Assembly: GCA_036336835.1 (NCBI GenBank)
Contig: JAYZFK010000047.1
Location: 1-32,717 of the forward strand
Source of the DNA: Myxococcota bacterium
GTDB lineage: Bacteria > Myxococcota_A > UBA9160 > UBA4427
DNA: 32,717 nt
Direction: 5' to 3'
A model generated the notes under the pieces. The model did not search any database and was not told the DNA's origin. It saw nothing but the letters and a program-made list of their open reading frames with translations. Shown here piece by piece: positions 1 through 8,576 of this stretch. Within the stretch, counting starts at the first letter, position 1. Each line of letters starts with the position of its first letter. Both the position numbers and the translations under genes were made by a program.

Positions 1-2
1 GC

Positions 3-3000
3 CAGCTGCTCGCGAGCGCGCCGGTCGCGATCGACGTCGATCCCTGGGGACGCGTCTACGTGGCCGAGGCGCCGCGCATCTACGGCGGCGTCGAGGACAA
101 TCGCTTCCACGACTACTGGGTGCTCGACGATCTTGCCTCGCACACGGTCGAAGACCGGCGCGCCTACTACGAGAAGTGGCTCGCGACCGATCGCATCGAA
201 GACAAGCAGCTGTTCACCAGGAACGCCGACGTGATCGTGCGGCTCGACGACAGCGACGGCGACGGCATCGCCGACCGGCGGCACGACCTGGCCGAGTTCC
301 GCGACATGGTCGACGGGCCGGCGGCGGGCGTGCTGGTCGATGGCGGCGAGGTCTTCGCCGCGGTGATCCCGCACGTCTGGCGGCTGCGCCAGGACGCGCA
401 CGCCGAGGACGGCAGCGACGGGGCCTGGCAGCAGGACTCGCTCGCCTACGGCTTCGGCGTCAAGACATCGCTGATGGGCCACGACCTCCACGGGCTGATT
501 CGCGGTCCCGACGGCAAGCTCTACTTCTCGCTGGGCGACCGCGGCTACTCGGTCACCACCCGGGAAGGCGAGCTGCTCGAACCCGCGATGGGCCCCGGGC
601 GCGGCGCCATCTTCCGCATGAAGCTCGACGGCAGCGAGCTCGAGGTGTTTGCCACCGGCGTGCGCAACCCGCAGGAGCTCGCCTTCGACGACCACGGCAA
701 CCTGTTCACCGGCGACAACAACGGCGACGGCGGCGACCGGGCGCGCATCGTCTACCTGGCCGAGGGCGGAGAGACCGGCTGGGCCATGCCCTACCAGACG
801 CTGGTCGGCGACTACATCCGCGGGCCCTGGGTCGAGGAGCGGCTGTGGGAGCTGCAGCACGAGACCCAGCCCGCCTGGGTGCTGCCGCCGGTCGCCTACC
901 TGGCGATGGGTCCCGCGGGCTTTGCGCACTACCCCGGGCTGGGGCTGCCGGAGCGCTACGCGGATCACTTCTTCCTGTGCGACTACGCGTACGTCAAGTC
1001 GAGGAGCGGCGTTCACTCGTTCGCGCTCGAGCCCAGCGGCGCCGGCTTCGAGATGGTGGACGACCACATGTTCATCGGCTCGATCCTGCCAACCGACGTC
1101 GCCTTCGGCTGGGACGGCCGCGTCTACGCCACCGATTTCTCGCAGTTTGGCGAGACGCAGACGGTCGAGGTGTTCCAGCACGACGAGCTCGTCCGGGATC
1201 CGCGCATCGCAGAGACGGTGCGGCTGGCGCGCGAGGGGATGGCGCAGCGCGAGGCCGACGAGCTGGTGTCCCTGCTCGGCCACGCCGACCGGCGCATCCG
1301 ACTGCGTGCGCAGTACGAGCTGGCCGCGCGCGAAGACACGACGCTGCTCGGCGCCATCGCCGGGGACGCGCAGGCGAGCGTGCTCGCGCGCATCCACGCC
1401 GTCTGGGGACTCGGACAGCTCGGCGCCGGGGCGCTGCGCGCCGCCGGCTGGGACGATCTCGACTGGACGCGCGAAGCCGATGCCGAGCTGCGCGCCCAGG
1501 TCGTCAAGATCGCGGGCGATGCCGGCGCCGACTGGCTGGCGGGCGACCTGCTCGTGCGGCTCGCCGACGGCGAGGAGAACGCTCGCGTGCGCTTCTTCGC
1601 CGCGCAGTCGCTGGGCGCCCTGGGTGCGCGCGAGGCGATCGGGCCGCTGTTCGCCCTGCTGCGCGAGAACGCCGACCAGGACGTCTTCCTGCGCCACGCC
1701 GCCGTCTACGCGCTGGCGCGGATCGGCGATCTCGACGCCGTGCTCGCATACGCCGACGACACCGATCGATCGGTTCGCCTCGGGGTGCTGCTCGTATTGC
1801 GCCGCGCAGAGGACGCGCGCATCGCGCACTTGCTTGGCGACGCCGATCCGCTGCTGGTGGTGGAAGCCGCGCGGGCGATCTACGACCGGCCGATCGCCGA
1901 GGCAATGCCGGCCCTGGCGCAGCTCGCCGGCAGCGACCTGCCCGCGCGCGATGCACCCCCGCAGACGAGCTTCGCACTCCAGCGCCGCGCGATCGGCGCC
2001 GCCCTGGCAGTCGGCAACGCGGCGAGCGCCAGCGCGCTCGCCGCGCACGTCGCCGACCCGGCAAACCCGCTGGCAATGCGCGAGCTGGCACTCGAAACAC
2101 TGGGCCAGTTCACGCGGCCCGGCCCGCGCGATCTGGCGATGGGCTTCTACCGGCCGCTCGCCGAGCGGCCGACGAGCGTCGTCGCGCCGGCCTTCGAGAC
2201 CTGGGGGCGCACGCTGGTGCTGGGCGACCTGGGCGCCCGGGCGCTCGAGATCGCGCTCTCCTACGAGCAGGTTCCGCTCGACGACCGAGAGCTGCGGGCG
2301 CGTCTCGCCAACGAACGCGAGCCGAGCGCGATCCGCGTCGCGAGCCTGCGCGCACTCGCGGGCCGCGAGTCCGCGCAAGCCAGGCTCGACGCCGCGATCG
2401 AACGCGCGCTCTCCGCCGACGACCCCGCGCTGCGGGCCGAGGCGCGCGCTCAGCTCGCGCTGCGCGACCCGGACGCCGCCCTCGAGTCGATCGCGGCTCT
2501 CCGAGCCGACGCGATCACCCACGAGCGGCAGCGCGCCTACCGGACGCTGGCCGCCATCGACACGCCCGAAGCCCTTGCCCTGCTGCGCCAGGCCGTCGCC
2601 GCCCTCGAGAGCGGCGAACTCGCACCCGACGTCCAGCTCGAGGTGATCGACGCGGCGCGCGACCGCGACGCGCTCGAGGGCCGCGTCCGCGCCTGGGAGG
2701 CTGCCCTGCCCGGCGATCCCGTCGCCCGCCGCACGTGGGCCACGGCCGGCGGCAGCGCCGAGCGCGGCCGCTTCGTCTTCGACAGCCGGGGCGATTGCCG
2801 GCGCTGCCACGGCGCCGGTGCCGGCCACGGCGGGGAAGTCGGCCCGGAGCTCACCGCACTGAGCCAGCGCCTCTCGACTCGCGACATGCTCCGCTCGATC
2901 GTCGATCCGCAGGCCGCCATCACGCCCGGCTACGGAACGATCGCCATCACGACCCGCGGCGGCGAGATGGTGAGCGGAACCCTGCTCGAAGAAGACGACA

Positions 3001-3155
3001 GCGCACTCGTGATCGAGGCCGCGGGCCAGCGCATCTCGGTCTCCCAGCTCGAGATCGCCTCGCGCACGCGCATAACGAGCCCGATGCCATCCATTGGACT
3101 CGCGCTCGAGCCAAACGAGCTACGGGATCTGATCGCCTACCTGGCAACCCTGTGA
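3..3155 (+). CDS. PVC-type heme-binding CxxCH protein: glucose/sorbosone-dehydrogenase-like beta-propeller, HEAT repeats and C-terminal cytochrome c (5'-partial)
   Basis: The frame is open to the window edge (QLLASAPVAIDVDPWGRVYVAE), so GTG60 is internal. Motifs: LDDSDGDGIAD, GHDLHGLIRGPDGKLYFSLGDRG and VFATGVRNPQELAFDDHGNLFTGDN. HEAT-like repeats such as RVRFFAAQSLGAL follow. The C-terminus has heme motif CRRCH, then GEVGPEL...SIVDPQAAITPGY...SPMP. Confidence 0.88.
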   Translation, partial: QLLASAPVAIDVDPWGRVYVAEAPRIYGGVEDNRFHDYWVLDDLASHTVEDRRAYYEKWLATDRIEDKQLFTRNADVIVRLDDSDGDGIADRRHDLAEFRDMVDGPAAGVLVDGGEVFAAVIPHVWRLRQDAHAEDGSDGAWQQDSLAYGFGVKTSLMGHDLHGLIRGPDGKLYFSLGDRGYSVTTREGELLEPAMGPGRGAIFRMKLDGSELEVFATGVRNPQELAFDDHGNLFTGDNNGDGGDRARIVYLAEGGETGWAMPYQTLVGDYIRGPWVEERLWELQHETQPAWVLPPVAYLAMGPAGFAHYPGLGLPERYADHFFLCDYAYVKSRSGVHSFALEPSGAGFEMVDDHMFIGSILPTDVAFGWDGRVYATDFSQFGETQTVEVFQHDELVRDPRIAETVRLAREGMAQREADELVSLLGHADRRIRLRAQYELAAREDTTLLGAIAGDAQASVLARIHAVWGLGQLGAGALRAAGWDDLDWTREADAELRAQVVKIAGDAGADWLAGDLLVRLADGEENARVRFFAAQSLGALGAREAIGPLFALLRENADQDVFLRHAAVYALARIGDLDAVLAYADDTDRSVRLGVLLVLRRAEDARIAHLLGDADPLLVVEAARAIYDRPIAEAMPALAQLAGSDLPARDAPPQTSFALQRRAIGAALAVGNAASASALAAHVADPANPLAMRELALETLGQFTRPGPRDLAMGFYRPLAERPTSVVAPAFETWGRTLVLGDLGARALEIALSYEQVPLDDRELRARLANEREPSAIRVASLRALAGRESAQARLDAAIERALSADDPALRAEARAQLALRDPDAALESIAALRADAITHERQRAYRTLAAIDTPEALALLRQAVAALESGELAPDVQLEVIDAARDRDALEGRVRAWEAALPGDPVARRTWATAGGSAERGRFVFDSRGDCRRCHGAGAGHGGEVGPELTALSQRLSTRDMLRSIVDPQAAITPGYGTIAITTRGGEMVSGTLLEEDDSALVIEAAGQRISVSQLEIASRTRITSPMPSIGLALEPNELRDLIAYLATL

Positions 3156-3181
3156 GCACCCCGGTCTCGCGACCGGTGCTC
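3154..3181. terminator. Hairpin between convergent genes, possible terminator
   Basis: GAGCACC(CC)GGTC-TCGC-GACCGGTGCTC inverted repeat at the stop codon of the upstream gene. There is no U-tract. Confidence 0.35.
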
Positions 3182-3237
3182 CAGAGCGGTCCGCCAAGTC
3201 CGCCATCGAGCTGACCGACGATCCTCGAGCCCGCGAG

Positions 3238-4386
3238 TCAGACGGCCGTGTCGAATGGCATCTCGGCGAGGATGCGACCGATGCGGCGCAGCTGGTCGGT
3301 GCTGCCGCCGAGATCGAGCTCGAGCTGCTTGGCGTACAGGTAGAAGCGGTGGACGGGATAGTCGCGATCGACGCCGATGCCGCCGTGCAGGTGCTGCGCC
3401 GCGGCGACCACGCGCGCGCCGGCCTCCGCGACCCAGTACTTGGCAAGCGCCACCTCGCGGGTCGCGGGCAGCCCCGCCGCCACCCGCCAGCAGGCCTGCA
3501 GCGTCGTCAGCTGGATGCCCTGCACGTCGATGAACGCGTCGGCCGCGCGGTGTCCCACCGCCTGGAACATCGCGATCGGCTGGCCGAACTGCTTGCGCTC
3601 CTTGATGTACTCGGTCGTCATCTCGAGCGCCGCCTGGCAGATTCCGACACCCATCGCGCACTGGGCCGCGGTCGCGCGCAGCAGCAGCCACTCGAGGATC
3701 GTGCGCCCGGCGGCGATGCTGCCCAGCACGGCGTCCGGCCCGACGCGCACGCGATCGAGCTGCAGCAGCGAGGCCGGCTGGCCCGTGGGCGTCTCGAGTC
3801 CGACGAGGCGGACGCCTTCGGCCCGCGGGTCGAGCAGGAAGAGGCCCACGTCGGCCCCCTCCACCGACGCCGGGACGAGCACGCAGTCCGCCAGCTCGGC
3901 GGCGGGCACGGGGATCTTGCTGCCGCTGAGCACCCAGCCATCGCCGTCGCCATCGTGCTCGCGGTGTGCGCGGGTGGCGGGCTTCTCCGGCTCCGCCTGA
4001 TCTTCCTGGAGCGCCGCGGTCAGCACCGCCTCGCCCGCGACGAGCTTCGGCAGCCAGGCCTCGCGCTGGGCGGGCGAGCCGAACTCGGCGATCGGCAGCC
4101 CCGCGAGCACCACCGTCTCGAGGAAGGGGATCGGCGCGGTGTGCCGGCCGATCGCCTCGCAAATGGCCGCGACCTCCTGGAAGCCGAGCCCCGCCCCGCC
4201 CTGCGCCTCCGGAATGGCCACCCCGAGCAGACCCGTCTCGGCCAGCTGCGCCCACAGCTCGCGATCGAAGCGCGGGCCGTCGCCCGTCTCGAGCGCGCGC
4301 TGGCGCTCGTGCGTGCTCTGCTCGGCGAGCAGCTGTCCGGCGAGATCGACGATCGACTGCTGGTCGTCGCTGTAGCGGAAATCCAC
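3238..4386 (-). CDS. Acyl-CoA dehydrogenase, FadE27 (ChsE5)-like partner subunit
   Basis: Start reassigned to GTG4386 (MDFRYSDDQQ) with SD GGAGG upstream. RFDRELW, RKQFGQPIAMFQAVGHRAADAFIDV and QHLHGGIGVDRDYPVHRFYLYAKQLELDLGG closely resemble mycobacterial FadE27. It lacks the NHER catalytic Glu segment. Confidence 0.88.
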   Translation of the reverse strand: MDFRYSDDQQSIVDLAGQLLAEQSTHERQRALETGDGPRFDRELWAQLAETGLLGVAIPEAQGGAGLGFQEVAAICEAIGRHTAPIPFLETVVLAGLPIAEFGSPAQREAWLPKLVAGEAVLTAALQEDQAEPEKPATRAHREHDGDGDGWVLSGSKIPVPAAELADCVLVPASVEGADVGLFLLDPRAEGVRLVGLETPTGQPASLLQLDRVRVGPDAVLGSIAAGRTILEWLLLRATAAQCAMGVGICQAALEMTTEYIKERKQFGQPIAMFQAVGHRAADAFIDVQGIQLTTLQACWRVAAGLPATREVALAKYWVAEAGARVVAAAQHLHGGIGVDRDYPVHRFYLYAKQLELDLGGSTDQLRRIGRILAEMPFDTAV

Positions 4387-4397
4387 GCTCGGCCCTC

Positions 4398-5576
4398 CTA
4401 CATCCGCGGAACCCGGGGCAGCCCCAGGCCGAACAGACCGATCAGATCGCGTTGCACCTCGTTGGTGCCGCCGCCGAAAGTCAGGATCAGCAGCGAGCAG
4501 TAGATGTTCGCGAGCTGGCCGTGCAGGACCGCCTCTGGCGACTCGCGCGGCAGGTAGGCGCGCGGGCCGATCACCTCCATCATCAGGCGAATGGCTTCCA
4601 TGTAGAACTCGGTGCCGAAGACCTTGAGCGCCGAGGCATCCTGCACCGCGAGGTCGCCCTGCGTGGCGTCCCAGGCGACCTTCCAGTTCATCAGCCGCAG
4701 GAACTCGATGCCCGACCAGACACGGGCGAGGTTCGTCTGCACCCACTCCTGATCGATCACGCGAATGCCGTCGGCGCGCTTGGTCTCACGCGTCCAGCGC
4801 AGGACGTTCTCGAAGGTGCCCTCGATCATGCCGGACGAGCACAATGTGACGCGCTCGTGATTCAGCTGGCTGGTGATCAGCTTCCAGCCCTTGTTCTCGC
4901 CGCCGACCAGGGACTTCGCCGGCACGCGCACGTCGTCGAAGAAGGTGGTGTTGATGTCGTGGTGCGACAGCAGGCGCATCGGCTCGACCTTGATGCCCGG
5001 CGTCTTCATGTCGACGACGAACATCGAGAGCCCCGCGTGCTTGGCGGCCTCCTGGTCAGTCCGCGCCGCCAGCCAGATGTAGTCCGCGTCGCCCGCGACC
5101 GAGGTGAAGATCTTCTGTCCGTTGATCACGTAGTCGTCGCCGTCGCGATCGGCGCGCGTGCTGAGCGACGCCAGATCGGTGCCCGCTGCCGACTCGGTGT
5201 AGCCGACGCAGAAGAGAATCTCGCCCGCGGTGATCTTCGGCAGCAGCTCGGCCTTGAGGTCGTCGCTGGCGTGGGTGTAGAGCGTGGGGCCGACGGTGTT
5301 GATCGTCAGCATCGGCACCGGCGCGCCGCAGCGCATCGACTCGTCGAAGAAGACGAACTGCTCGAGCTGCGATCGGCCCTGGCCGCCGTACTCGGTGGGC
5401 CAGCCGATGCCCAGCCAGCCGTCCTTGCCCATCTGGCGGATGACCTGCCGATGAACCGGGCCGCAGCCGGCCTCGCGGTGCAGCGCCTCGCGAATCTCGT
5501 CGGTCAACAGACCCGCGTAGTACGCGCGCAGCTCGCGGCGCAGGGCCTGCTGCTCCTCGTTCAGCCCGATGTACAT
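4398..5576 (-). CDS. Acyl-CoA dehydrogenase, FadE26 (ChsE4)/FadE29-like catalytic subunit
   Basis: Start ATG5576 (MYIGLNEEQQALRRELRAYY). Motifs MGKDGWLGIGWPTEYGGQG, GYTESAAGTDLASL, INGQKIFTS, QLNHERV and LILTFGGGTNEVQRDLIG match the FadE26/29 group. Confidence 0.9.
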   Translation of the reverse strand: MYIGLNEEQQALRRELRAYYAGLLTDEIREALHREAGCGPVHRQVIRQMGKDGWLGIGWPTEYGGQGRSQLEQFVFFDESMRCGAPVPMLTINTVGPTLYTHASDDLKAELLPKITAGEILFCVGYTESAAGTDLASLSTRADRDGDDYVINGQKIFTSVAGDADYIWLAARTDQEAAKHAGLSMFVVDMKTPGIKVEPMRLLSHHDINTTFFDDVRVPAKSLVGGENKGWKLITSQLNHERVTLCSSGMIEGTFENVLRWTRETKRADGIRVIDQEWVQTNLARVWSGIEFLRLMNWKVAWDATQGDLAVQDASALKVFGTEFYMEAIRLMMEVIGPRAYLPRESPEAVLHGQLANIYCSLLILTFGGGTNEVQRDLIGLFGLGLPRVPRM

Positions 5577-5578
5577 GC

Positions 5579-6595
5579 TCAGTCGAAGCCGAGCGCGCGG
5601 TCGGCTGCCTCGGTGTCGAAGTCCTCGAACTGGATGATCTCCAGCCGGGTGAAGGCCTCGCGCACGCGCGGCGTCAGCAGGCCGAGCTTCTTCAGGTTGG
5701 GCACGACGCGCTGGAAGATCAGCGAGCGGAACTGCCGCCCCATCGGCGACTCGAGCACCAGACGCTGCACCTCGTCCGCGTCCCAGCCGAACAGGCGGGC
5801 GATGTCGTCGCCGATCAACCGGTTGCGCATCAGCTCGCTCGAGTAGATGATGAAGTCCTCGCGGTCGCGCCGCTCGTTTTCGGGCATGTCGGTGTAATAG
5901 TCGCGCAGCGACAGCACACCGAAGGCTACGTGACGCGACTCGTCCTTCATCACGTACCTGAGCAGCTCCTTGAGCAGCGGCTCCTTCGCCAGCAGGTGCA
6001 GGGTGCCGAAGGCACCCATTGCCAGCCCCTCGATCATCACCTGCATACCGAGGTACTTGAAGTCCCAGCGCGAGTCCGTGATCGTCGCGTCGAGTAGCTC
6101 TTTCAGATGCCGGTTGATCGGCCACTCCCACTCGAGCTTCTCGTGCAGATAGCGGCTGAACACCTCGACGTGGCGAGCCTCGTCCATCGTCTGCGTCCCG
6201 GCGTAGTACTTCGCGTCGATCCAGGGCACGCCCGCCGTGAGCTGCGAAGCGACGATCAGCGCACCCTGCTCGCCGTGCAGGAACTGCGACAGCTGGAGCG
6301 CGACCTGTGCGTGGTTCAGGCGCCGGCGCTCCTTCTCATCGAGCTTCTCGAAGGGCGCCCAGCCCTGGAGCGGGTTGGCGACGGCCGGGATGATCTCCTG
6401 CTCGGGGTCGACCTCGGTGTCCCAGGCAAGCTGAGTGGTGGCGTTCCACTGGTCGCGCTTCGCCTTCTCGTACAGATCGCGCAGCCCTTCCTTCACCGAG
6501 CCATAGTTCCAGACGTAGTTCGTGTCGAACGACGTCAGGATGGTCTCGAGCTCCTGGTCGAGGCCTTCGAGGTTGTTCACTACTGCGGACGACAT
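5579..6595 (-). CDS. Ferritin-like diiron-carboxylate protein (AurF-like oxygenase superfamily)
   Basis: Start ATG6595 with SD GGAGG. Two E...DExxH ligand sets: QFLHGEQGAL/DEARHVEVF and IEGLA/DESRHVAFG. The stop lies 2 nt before the downstream ACAD start. Confidence 0.85.
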   Translation of the reverse strand: MSSAVVNNLEGLDQELETILTSFDTNYVWNYGSVKEGLRDLYEKAKRDQWNATTQLAWDTEVDPEQEIIPAVANPLQGWAPFEKLDEKERRRLNHAQVALQLSQFLHGEQGALIVASQLTAGVPWIDAKYYAGTQTMDEARHVEVFSRYLHEKLEWEWPINRHLKELLDATITDSRWDFKYLGMQVMIEGLAMGAFGTLHLLAKEPLLKELLRYVMKDESRHVAFGVLSLRDYYTDMPENERRDREDFIIYSSELMRNRLIGDDIARLFGWDADEVQRLVLESPMGRQFRSLIFQRVVPNLKKLGLLTPRVREAFTRLEIIQFEDFDTEAADRALGFD

Positions 6596-6655
6596 GGGTT
6601 CCTCCACGACCGAACGGGGCGCGACCGGACGCACTCGGACAGAGCCGATCCGACC

Positions 6656-6684
6656 ACCGTAGAGCCCCCACGAGAGGCCGTCAA
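6656..6684 (-). promoter_or_regulatory. Sigma70-type promoter for the diiron/ACAD operon
   Basis: Minus strand TTGACG (6684-6679), 17-nt spacer, TACGGT (6661-6656). Confidence 0.55.
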
Positions 6685-6708
6685 CCGAAATCGACGTCGA
6701 GTTCGTTT
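6683..6708. promoter_or_regulatory. 26-bp imperfect palindrome, candidate TetR operator
   Basis: AACCGAAATCGACGTCGAGTTCGTTT matches its reverse complement at 22/26 positions. It lies between the divergent tetR and catabolic genes and overlaps the -35. Confidence 0.6.
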
Positions 6709-6731
6709 TATATCGAAATCCTCTTTAATTC

Positions 6732-6740
6732 TGGTAAAGT
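6732..6740 (+). promoter_or_regulatory. Extended -10 promoter of tetR, likely leaderless transcript
   Basis: TG-G-TAAAGT ends 6 nt before ATG6747, and there is no SD. Confidence 0.5.
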
Positions 6741-6746
6741 AACTGT

Positions 6747-7397
6747 ATGCGCGTAGATCCGAAACGGACTTCGGCGAGCAGCGATCGGGCGCTGCGGGTG
6801 CCCCAGCAGGCACGCAGCCGGCGCACCCGGGAGCGCATCCTGGAGGCCGCGATCATCTGCTTCGAGCAGCACGGCTACGCCGAAACCACCACCGCCATGA
6901 TCGCCGCGCGCGCGCGCATCGGCGTCGGCACCCTGTACGGCTACTTCCGCGACAAGCGCGGCATCTTGTTCGAGCTGCTCGAACGCTTCCGAGACCAGCT
7001 GCTCGACATCGTGGTGTCGCGGCTCGATCCCGAGCGCTGGGAGGGCGGCGACCCCGCCGAGCACGCCCGCCAGCTGATCGACGCGGTCTTCCACATGCAG
7101 GCACTCCGCCCCGGCATGCAGCGCGTCTTGTGGGAACGTTATTTCAAGGATCCGGATTTCCACGAGCCAGTCGAGGCCGTTCGCGAGCAGCTGCGGGAAG
7201 CGGTGGAGCGCTTCGCACGCGCGATCGACCCAGCGGTACTTCGCACGGACCTCGACCTCGCCGCGGCCTCGCTCACGGTGGTCAACGCCGTGCAGTGGAA
7301 CGCGCTCCACGCCTTCATGCACGGCACCGACGAGCAGATCGATTCCGCAGCGGCAGCCACCGCCGACATGGTGGCGCGCTACCTGTTCCGCGACTGA
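6747..7397 (+). CDS. TetR/AcrR family transcriptional regulator
   Basis: N-terminal PQQARSRRTRERILEAA...GYAETTTAMIAARARIGVGTLYGYFRDK is a TetR HTH. The protein is 216 aa. Confidence 0.93.
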   Translation: MRVDPKRTSASSDRALRVPQQARSRRTRERILEAAIICFEQHGYAETTTAMIAARARIGVGTLYGYFRDKRGILFELLERFRDQLLDIVVSRLDPERWEGGDPAEHARQLIDAVFHMQALRPGMQRVLWERYFKDPDFHEPVEAVREQLREAVERFARAIDPAVLRTDLDLAAASLTVVNAVQWNALHAFMHGTDEQIDSAAAATADMVARYLFRD

Positions 7398-7421
7398 GCC
7401 GGCGCCGCCGCGGGCCGCGCT

Positions 7422-8576
7422 CTAGAAGACCGGGGCGGGCTCGGAGGAGACGAGCCACATCGCGAAGTAGTTGGCCGCCCCTCCGTAGGCGTGGCCGAGG
7501 GCAACGCGGGCCCCGTCCACCTGGTACTCGCCGGCGGTTCCCCGCACCTGGTTGGCGGCCTCCAGGCATCGGATCATGCCCGAGGCACCGATCGGATTCG
7601 AGGACAGCACGCCGCCCGACATGTTGACCGGGAAGTCGCCCTTGATCTCGGTGGCGCCTTCGTCCGTCATCTTCCAGCCGGTGTCTTGTTCGGTGATCAG
7701 GTGACCCTCGAGCCACATCGGTTCGTACCAGCTGAAGGGGACGTAGATCTCCGCGCAGTCGATCTGCCGGCGCGGGTCGCTGATGCCCGCCTCCTTGTAG
7801 AGCGCTGCGGCGCAGTCCACGCCCGCCTGCGGCCGGACGGTGTCGCGCCCCGGGAACTGGGTGAACTCGGTGCGCTTCTGGTGCGCGATCACCCAGGCCG
7901 GCGGCCGACCGCTCTTCTCGACGCCCGCCTTGTTCGTCATGACCAGCGCCGCGGCGCCGTCCGACGAGGGACACGACTCGAGGAAGCGGAGCGGATCCCA
8001 CAGCATCGGGGATTCTTTCACCTTCTCGAGCGAGATGTCGTGCAGGTGCAGGTGCGCGTTGGGGTTGCGCAGCGCGTTCTGGCGATCCTTGACCGCGACC
8101 TTCCAGCCGATGTGCTCGGGCGCCCCACTCTTCTGGATGTAGTTGCGGATCCACGGTGCAAACGAGCCGCCCGCACCCTGGCTGCCGCTGCGGCCGCCGC
8201 CGAGCGCCCAGGTCGCGTTGCCGTCGGACTGCTTCTCGTACGTCACGGTGAGCACCGTGTCGTAGACGCCGCTCTCGACCAGCACTGCCGCCGAGATCGC
8301 GGTCGATCCGCCGACCGAGCCCGCGGTGTGCACCCGGTGGATCGGCTTGCCCACTGCGCCAAGCGTGTCGCACAGCGACAGCTCGGGCATCATCACGCCC
8401 TCGAGCGCATCGGGGGCCTTGCCGAGCACGATCGCATCGACGTCCTTCCACTCGATCCCGGCGTCGTCGAGCGCCGCCTGCGCGGCCCAGTGCGTGAGCC
8501 CGTCGAGCGAGACATCGAGCTTCTTCTTGTACTTCGTCTGTCCGATGCCGATGACGGCGGATTGCTGACGAGCCAT
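7422..8576 (-). CDS. ltp3: Thiolase-fold (SCP-x type) protein, Ltp3-like aldolase subunit
   Basis: Start ATG8576 with SD GGAGG and a TGATG overlap with the upstream gene. GKAPDALEGVMMPEL, RVHTAGSVGGST, MLWDPLRFLESCPSSDG, AEIYVPFSWYEPMWLE, SGGVLSSNPIGASG and LGHAYGG closely follow mycobacterial Ltp3 (Rv3523). The N-terminal thiolase Cys is absent. Confidence 0.85.
   Translation of the reverse strand: MARQQSAVIGIGQTKYKKKLDVSLDGLTHWAAQAALDDAGIEWKDVDAIVLGKAPDALEGVMMPELSLCDTLGAVGKPIHRVHTAGSVGGSTAISAAVLVESGVYDTVLTVTYEKQSDGNATWALGGGRSGSQGAGGSFAPWIRNYIQKSGAPEHIGWKVAVKDRQNALRNPNAHLHLHDISLEKVKESPMLWDPLRFLESCPSSDGAAALVMTNKAGVEKSGRPPAWVIAHQKRTEFTQFPGRDTVRPQAGVDCAAALYKEAGISDPRRQIDCAEIYVPFSWYEPMWLEGHLITEQDTGWKMTDEGATEIKGDFPVNMSGGVLSSNPIGASGMIRCLEAANQVRGTAGEYQVDGARVALGHAYGGAANYFAMWLVSSEPAPVF

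Noticed and set aside
176..3214. Very long alternative-frame and antisense ORFs (e.g. 176-3214, 649-2646, 18341-21445, 26015-28687, 26440-29025, 29619-32399)
   Set aside because: These are Arg/Ala/Pro/Gly-rich shadow ORFs expected in high-GC DNA. They overlap well-supported genes and have no recognisable motifs.
4387..6131. Long N-terminal extensions given by the ORF track for the ACADs (also for ltp3, ltp4, betA and DUF3604)
   Set aside because: The extensions overlap upstream genes. Homology and SD or stop/start overlaps support the shorter starts reported.
6596..6746. KstR operator upstream of the sterol-type genes
   Set aside because: No TnnAACnnGTTnnA match was seen. The palindrome present is different.
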